From contig CAVXLD010000014.1 of NCBI GenBank assembly GCA_963762565.1, positions 32,001 through 96,000 of the forward strand: DNA of 64,000 nucleotides, in the 5' to 3' direction. The notes beneath the pieces are model-generated. The model was not told the DNA's origin, ran no database searches, and saw only the letters and a program-made list of their open reading frames with translations. Both the position numbers and the translations under genes were made by a program. Below, piece after piece: positions 59,066-64,000 of this stretch (positions are counted from its first letter, which is position 1; each line of letters opens with the position of its first letter). This stretch comes from an uncultured Verrucomicrobiae bacterium. Lineage in GTDB: Bacteria; Verrucomicrobiota; Verrucomicrobiia; Chthoniobacterales; JAFAMB01.

Positions 59066-59150
59066 GGAGGCGTTCAAGGGTATTCAGGGACCGGCCACTG
59101 TCAATGCAAACGCACCGATCGGTTGGCCGTGCGCTCACGGGAACAAACAA

Positions 59151-59262
59151 AAGTAAGCAGTAAGAAGTGTTTGGTGTCTTCCGAGAGAGACCGTAGCATT
59201 TTGCCGGCCAGTCACTGCTTACTGCTTACTTCTTACTGCTTACTTGCTTACTGCTTACTGCT
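59151..59262. repeat. (agtaagc) inverted-arm element
   Basis: aagtaagcagtaagaagtg ... cactgcttactgcttacttcttactgcttact.. Confidence 0.82.
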
Positions 59263-59290
59263 GAGCGATCTTTCTTCCCAGCGAGTGGCC

Positions 59291-60385
59291 CTAACCCTTT
59301 AACCTTTTCTCAAGCTCTCCGATCTTCTTCTCGAGCTCCTTCACTCTCTGATTAAGTCGGGACAGCCGCCTGAAGTTCATTAGCTGTTGCAGATGTTCGC
59401 GTAGCGGTAATGCCGGGGAACCCATAACGGTCTGCCGAGGCGGCACGTCGCCAGAGACACCCGATTGAGCTACCACTACGGCATCATCGCCGATGGTAAA
59501 ATGATCTGGTATTCCGGCTTGGCCACCTAGCACAACCCGTTCGCCAAGTTTAGCACTGCCGCCCATGCCGACTTGGGCCACGATCAGGCAATTCTGACCG
59601 ACGGTTACGTTGTGGCCGATCTGGACCAGATTGTCGATTTTGGTACCTCGGCCGATCTTGGTTTCGCCCAGGGTTCCTCGATCGATGCAGGTTCCGGCCC
59701 CAATCTCGACATCGTCATCAATCACGACATTGCCAATCGAGTTGATGCGAAGGGTTTCGCTGTTCGAGTTGGTGATCTCGGTGAGTTCCTTCTTTTGTCT
59801 TGCTGCTTCGATATTACTCGACTGGGCGGCTACGAACGAGAATCCGTCTCCCCCGATGCTGACGTTCGGTTGGATGATCACCCGGTTCCCAATTTTACAA
59901 CGATCGCCGACGCTTACTCCCGGATGCAGCAGAGCTTTCAGCCCGATTTCTACTTCCGCACCGACATTAACGTTGCTAATCAAGCGGGTTCCGGCGCCAA
60001 TCACCGAATTGGGGCCAACCCAGCAATGCGGGCCGATGCTAACCTTTTCGCCGATCTTGGCGGTCGGATCGATCACCGCGGTTGCATGAATCCCTTCCTC
60101 TGAGTAGACCGGACGCTCGAACAGCTCTAGGAGCCGGGCCAGAGCCACTTGTGGGCGAGACACCAAAATGTAGTTCGGAACGTCGATCGATTTCAGATCC
60201 GCCGGGGCGATCGCATTGGTTGCCTGGTTCTGCTTAAGGTAATCCAATACATTGGCGGAAAGGACCAAAGCTAAATCATTGGGTTCGCGAACGAGAGCCG
60301 GGTGAAGAATTCTGGTGATGATGACTCCAGGATCACCCTGCAGCTCCCCATCCACGTATTTGGCGATTTCGCCTAGGGTTTTCAT
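59291..60385 (-). CDS. lpxD: UDP-3-O-acylglucosamine N-acyltransferase, paralog 2
   Basis: Hexapeptide repeats, [33 protein letters not shown]. Confidence 0.9.
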   Translation of the reverse strand: MKTLGEIAKYVDGELQGDPGVIITRILHPALVREPNDLALVLSANVLDYLKQNQATNAIAPADLKSIDVPNYILVSRPQVALARLLELFERPVYSEEGIHATAVIDPTAKIGEKVSIGPHCWVGPNSVIGAGTRLISNVNVGAEVEIGLKALLHPGVSVGDRCKIGNRVIIQPNVSIGGDGFSFVAAQSSNIEAARQKKELTEITNSNSETLRINSIGNVVIDDDVEIGAGTCIDRGTLGETKIGRGTKIDNLVQIGHNVTVGQNCLIVAQVGMGGSAKLGERVVLGGQAGIPDHFTIGDDAVVVAQSGVSGDVPPRQTVMGSPALPLREHLQQLMNFRRLSRLNQRVKELEKKIGELEKRLKG

Positions 60386-60407
60386 GAATAGCGAGCAGAC
60401 CACCGAC

Positions 60408-60469
60408 AACTTAAAACTTATAACCTATAACCTAAAACTTATAAACTTATAACTTATAACTTATAACTT
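60408..60469. repeat. AT-rich (aacttat) heptamer tract between the lpxD paralogs
   Basis: aacttaaaacttataacctataacctaaaacttataaacttataacttataacttataactt. Confidence 0.88.
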
Positions 60470-61570
60470 CTAACCTTTGAGCTGTTGCAGCTCTTTCTGC
60501 AAATCTTCAACGGCCTTCTGCAGCTCCTTCAATTGGCGTTGCATTGTTGGGAGGCGTTTCAGCTGTACCTGGCGTTCCAGGAACTCTCGCAGAGGCACTG
60601 CCGGGGTTGAACCGACTGCTTGTTTGGCCGGCACATTCCCGGCCACACCGGCTTGGGCCCAAATCACTGCGTCATCGCCGACCGCCATGTGGTCCGGCAG
60701 ACCGGATTGTCCGCCCATCACCACGCGGTCACCAACCTTTGAGCTGCCTGCGAGGCCAGCCAACCCTGCGATCAAGCAGTTTCGTCCGATCGTCACATTG
60801 TGACCGACCTGAACCAGGTTATCGAGCTTGCTTCCGCTGCCGATGCGGGTCTCGCCCAAGGTACCTCGATCGATGCAAGCGCCTGCACCGATCTCGACGT
60901 GATCTTCGATGACCACGTTCCCGATCGAATTGACCCGGACGATCTCGTAATTAAAACTGGTAACCTCGGTTTTCTTATTTGGCCTGACCGACTCGACGCT
61001 CCCGGGTTCCGGCGTCACAAAGGAAAAACCGTCACCGCCGACCGTCGCGTTCGGTTGGATTATGACGTGGTTGCCAATCTCACAACGATCACCGACGAAG
61101 ACGCCAGCATGGAGGAGAGTCTGGTTTCCGATGCTGACCTCAGCGCCGATGCTCACGTTGCTGATCAGGCGGCATCCGGTTCCAATCACGGTATTTGGCC
61201 CGATCCAGCAATGTGGACCGATACTGGTGTTGGCGCCGATCTTTGCGGTCGGATCGATCACCGCGCTGGGATGGATACCCTCGGTCGAATAAGCGGGGCG
61301 TTCGAACAATTCGAGAAGGCGAGCCAGTGCCAGGCGCGGTCTTGGCACCAGAACAAAGTTCGGGACATCGACCGGCCCAAGCTCTGCCGGGACCACCGCA
61401 TTCATTACCTGATTCTGTTTGAGGAGCTCGATAACGCTCCCGGAAAGGACGAGAGCTAAATCTTGCGGGCCACGAACCAGAGCCGGGTGGACCACCCTGG
61501 TAATCGCAACATCGGTATCTCCGCGGAGCTCACCATCTAAGTACTTCGCGATTTGGCCCAAGGTTTTCAT
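60470..61570 (-). CDS. lpxD: UDP-3-O-acylglucosamine N-acyltransferase, paralog 1
   Basis: [31 protein letters not shown]. Confidence 0.9.
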   Translation of the reverse strand: MKTLGQIAKYLDGELRGDTDVAITRVVHPALVRGPQDLALVLSGSVIELLKQNQVMNAVVPAELGPVDVPNFVLVPRPRLALARLLELFERPAYSTEGIHPSAVIDPTAKIGANTSIGPHCWIGPNTVIGTGCRLISNVSIGAEVSIGNQTLLHAGVFVGDRCEIGNHVIIQPNATVGGDGFSFVTPEPGSVESVRPNKKTEVTSFNYEIVRVNSIGNVVIEDHVEIGAGACIDRGTLGETRIGSGSKLDNLVQVGHNVTIGRNCLIAGLAGLAGSSKVGDRVVMGGQSGLPDHMAVGDDAVIWAQAGVAGNVPAKQAVGSTPAVPLREFLERQVQLKRLPTMQRQLKELQKAVEDLQKELQQLKG

Positions 61571-61637
61571 AGGGCCCTAAATAATTCGCTGACCCGCACC
61601 ATCGTCAAGCAAAGGAATCGACAGGGGGGCGTCGCCA

Positions 61638-61704
61638 TTACTCCAATACTCCCGCCCGCAACGCTTCGCGTAGCGATGCGGGCGGGCCGACGCTCCATCA
61701 CTCC
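61638..61704. repeat. (actcca) tract interrupted by a 36-bp hairpin
   Basis: tactccaatact[cccgcccgcaacgcttcgcgtagcgatgcgggcggg]ccgacgctccatcactcc. Confidence 0.65.
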
Positions 61705-61730
61705 GGGACAACGAAGCCCTTGGTGAGTGA

Positions 61731-62489
61731 TTAAGGATTGTGAACTTCATACGTCTGCTGCACTAGCATGTCCCAGGAATCGGTTTTCCCAGCACTTAGT
61801 TTGCGGGTGACGGCTTCGCTGGTGGCCGTGGCTGCTCGGAAAACGACTGGCGACTTCGAATCAGGTGCGGCAGCGATTTGCAGGTGCAATATGGAGCCGG
61901 TCCTGGCGTAGAACGTGATCGCGTAACGGTCAGGTCCGACCGGGTACTCACCAAGCTCGGTCCCATTCAACAGCAAATTGACGGCGCCCGTTTCATGTTG
62001 GTCGCCGGGTTCAAACCACATTGTGTAAGCTGCCACCCGCCCTTGATCCAGATCGTCGCTCATCTGTTTCACTAAAGGCCCAATTGCCAGCGTCACCGCT
62101 CCGTGCGTAAGAGAATTGCGCACTTCAGTGAGAGTATCGGCTGGCAGTCGTCGCTGGGCTTCGGCCCACAAATAAAAAGCCAAGCGTTGGTCAACCTGAT
62201 TTTGGTGCAAATAGGTCTTCCCGAGATTGGTCGTTTCCGGATCGATATCCTGATCGGTTAATTGGAGGGTCTTGCTTTGCGGGTTGGGATCATCGAATCC
62301 GCCGTTCATCAGAAGGGTTACCACTATCGCGGCTAACGCAAGAACCCCGAGCCAAAGGCTCACTCGGATGGCGAGCGGCACCCACCAGATTCCGGATCGG
62401 TGGGAATGATGGCGACGTCTTCGTCTCGAAACAGCCGTGCTCGAGTTTCGGGAAGATGCCGATGAACGACGAGACGGAACAGCAGACAT
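61731..62489 (-). CDS. Membrane-anchored hypothetical protein
   Basis: Arg/Ser/His-rich N-terminus, one TM helix, soluble domain. Confidence 0.65.
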   Translation of the reverse strand: MSAVPSRRSSASSRNSSTAVSRRRRRHHSHRSGIWWVPLAIRVSLWLGVLALAAIVVTLLMNGGFDDPNPQSKTLQLTDQDIDPETTNLGKTYLHQNQVDQRLAFYLWAEAQRRLPADTLTEVRNSLTHGAVTLAIGPLVKQMSDDLDQGRVAAYTMWFEPGDQHETGAVNLLLNGTELGEYPVGPDRYAITFYARTGSILHLQIAAAPDSKSPVVFRAATATSEAVTRKLSAGKTDSWDMLVQQTYEVHNP

Positions 62490-62620
62490 AAGACGGCCTA
62501 ATTCTGCCTTAACTTGTCATCGAAGCCAAGCAGTTAGCCCGATTTTTGCATCGATGATGGTGAATGACCGGGTGAGGCGATCACTGGGCGGTGGAAGACG
62601 GAGGAGGCAAAAATCGGGCT

Positions 62621-62929
62621 GTGAGAAGTGAGATGTGAGAGGTGATTGGTTTGGTGGGGCGAGGCTCCCGAAAGAGCTAACAATCGGTCCGAAGTGCTCT
62701 GCGTTCCGACGCTCTATTGTTTGTGGGGCTCATTCGCGCGCCGAGCCGGTCCCTCGACGTGGCAACTCCAGGGCCCGGCTCCCCACGCGTTTCGGTGTCG
62801 TGGACGAAAGAGCAACGGTAGGTCGAATCTTTTTGGGCAGCATTTCTGCACTTTCGGGAGCCTCGCCCCACCAAATTAGGCCCCCTCGCCCCACCTCTCA
62901 CTTCTCACTTCTCACCAATCACTTCTCAC
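62621..62929. mobile_element. (gtgagaa/gtgattg) inverted arms enclosing a family-F element (62650-62875)
   Basis: gtgagaagtgagatgtgagaggtgattgg..[F]..cacctctcacttctcacttctcaccaatcacttctcac. Confidence 0.87.
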
Positions 62930-63336
62930 TGCCTGGTCAGTCCCAACACTCCTTCAAACTCGTTCTTCGAAAGCGACATGACTGAGAGCCGGCCCTGGCG
63001 CAACAAAGGGATTTGGGCGAGCGCCGGATCGGATTTTATTTTCTCCAACGTGACCGGCGGATTAACTGGTCGCACCGGTTTGATCTCGACAGCCGACCAG
63101 TCTCCGCTCGTGGCAGTCGGATCTGGGAAAGCTTCTCGACTCACCACTGCAATGCCGACTACGGCTTTACCATTTACGCTGTGATAGTAAAGGACTTGGT
63201 CACCGGCCTTCATGGAACGAAGGTTGTTTCGAGCTTGGAAATTGCGGACGCCCGTCCAATCCGTCTTGCCATCCACCACAAACTGGTCCCAGGAATAGGC
63301 AGTGGGTTCTTGCTTAACCAGCCAGTATTGACTCAT
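62926..63336 (-). CDS. EVE domain protein
   Basis: YWLVKQEP, WTGVRNFQARN, GDQVLYYHS, RLSV. Confidence 0.92.
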   Translation of the reverse strand: MSQYWLVKQEPTAYSWDQFVVDGKTDWTGVRNFQARNNLRSMKAGDQVLYYHSVNGKAVVGIAVVSREAFPDPTATSGDWSAVEIKPVRPVNPPVTLEKIKSDPALAQIPLLRQGRLSVMSLSKNEFEGVLGLTRQ

Positions 63337-63389
63337 TTCTGCAAATATAGTGGCATTCCACCGATCTTCGAATTCGTTTGTCTACGTAA

Positions 63390-64000
63390 ATGCCTGGACT
63401 TTTTGTTAGTTTTGAGGGCGGAGAAGCCTGCGGCAAGTCGACGCAGGTTGCCCGCTTGGTTCGAAAATTGGAAACCAAGGGATATCAGGTCCTTTCCATC
63501 CGAGAGCCGGGTTCCACCCGGGCCGGAGAAGCGATTCGCAGCCTTTTGCTTGACCCCGGTCAGGGCATCGATCTTACGCCCGCCGCCGAGCTTCTCCTTT
63601 TTGGCGCTAGTCGAGCCCAATTGGTAGAAGAAGTCATTCGCCCCGCCTTTAACGCCGGTAAAGTCGTGCTGGCAGACCGTTTCAACGATTCGACCACGGT
63701 TTACCAGGGGATTGCACGCGGGCTAGGACTAAAATTCATCCTTGAAATGGAAGAGTTTATTTGTGGCGATTTACGGCCAGCCCTCACTTTGTTGCTCGAT
63801 CTAGATCTCGAGACGATGCGGAATCGGGTGCTACGCAGAGTGCGTCCAGTTAGTGGTCCGGACCGGATGGAAGAACTTCCACTAGAGTTTCACCGGAAGG
63901 TTCGGGAAGGGTATTTGCAACTGGCTCGAGAATTTCCTCAACGAATCAAGGTGATTGATGCGGCTCGTTCGCCAGATGAAGTAGAAGCTGCCATTTGGAA
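63390..64000 (+). CDS. tmk: Thymidylate kinase, 3'-truncated by window edge (absent from the ORF track)
   Basis: Manual translation: MPGLFVSFEGGEACGKSTQ, REPG, ELLLFGASRAQ, LADRFNDSTTVYQG. Confidence 0.93.
   Translation, partial: MPGLFVSFEGGEACGKSTQVARLVRKLETKGYQVLSIREPGSTRAGEAIRSLLLDPGQGIDLTPAAELLLFGASRAQLVEEVIRPAFNAGKVVLADRFNDSTTVYQGIARGLGLKFILEMEEFICGDLRPALTLLLDLDLETMRNRVLRRVRPVSGPDRMEELPLEFHRKVREGYLQLAREFPQRIKVIDAARSPDEVEAAIW

Noticed and set aside
59573..61459. Long plus-strand ORFs opposite lpxD
   Set aside because: Antisense shadows of the hexapeptide-repeat genes
63013..63627. ORFs 63013-63627 (+) and 63333-63620 (-)
   Set aside because: They overlap EVE and the real tmk frame starting at 63390
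1..64000. tRNA, rRNA, riboswitch, transposase, integrase or phage genes
   Set aside because: None recognised by eye; the cob operon leader lies outside the window, and covariance-model scans were not run
1..64000. Apparent abundance of CGATCG/GATC words (HIP1-like)
   Set aside because: Impression only; needs k-mer counts against a Markov background

Overview
64-kb bacterial chromosomal window, most likely Verrucomicrobia/PVC (inferred from a PVC-type small basic protein gene at 51183 and the overall gene set). Bases 1-16.3 kb hold a cobalamin operon mixing early- and late-cobalt-insertion genes: cobB/cbiA, cbiE, cbiX-cbiC fusion, cbiD, cbiL, cbiF, cbiG, cbiH-cbiJ fusion, cobW, cobN and a ChlI/D-like ATPase. 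The rest is a FitAB/VapBC toxin-antitoxin pair, transporters, and housekeeping genes (secDF, yajC, recO, lpdA, miaA, secA, pyrE, two lpxD, tmk), plus a polyprenyl-sugar glycosylation trio and an IscU/SufT/rhodanese cluster. No tRNA, rRNA, CRISPR array, transposase or integrase was seen. The most striking feature is non-coding. Most of the longer intergenic gaps hold a palindromic element whose arms are 7-9-bp tandem repeats in inverted orientation, with many different motifs, often nested around REP/MITE-like hairpins of several families. These elements abut or supply stop codons. They have entered four cob genes in frame, and a 9x7-bp tract frameshifts cobN such that losing one unit would restore a full-length gene. 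All calls come from manual motif reading; no searches were run.
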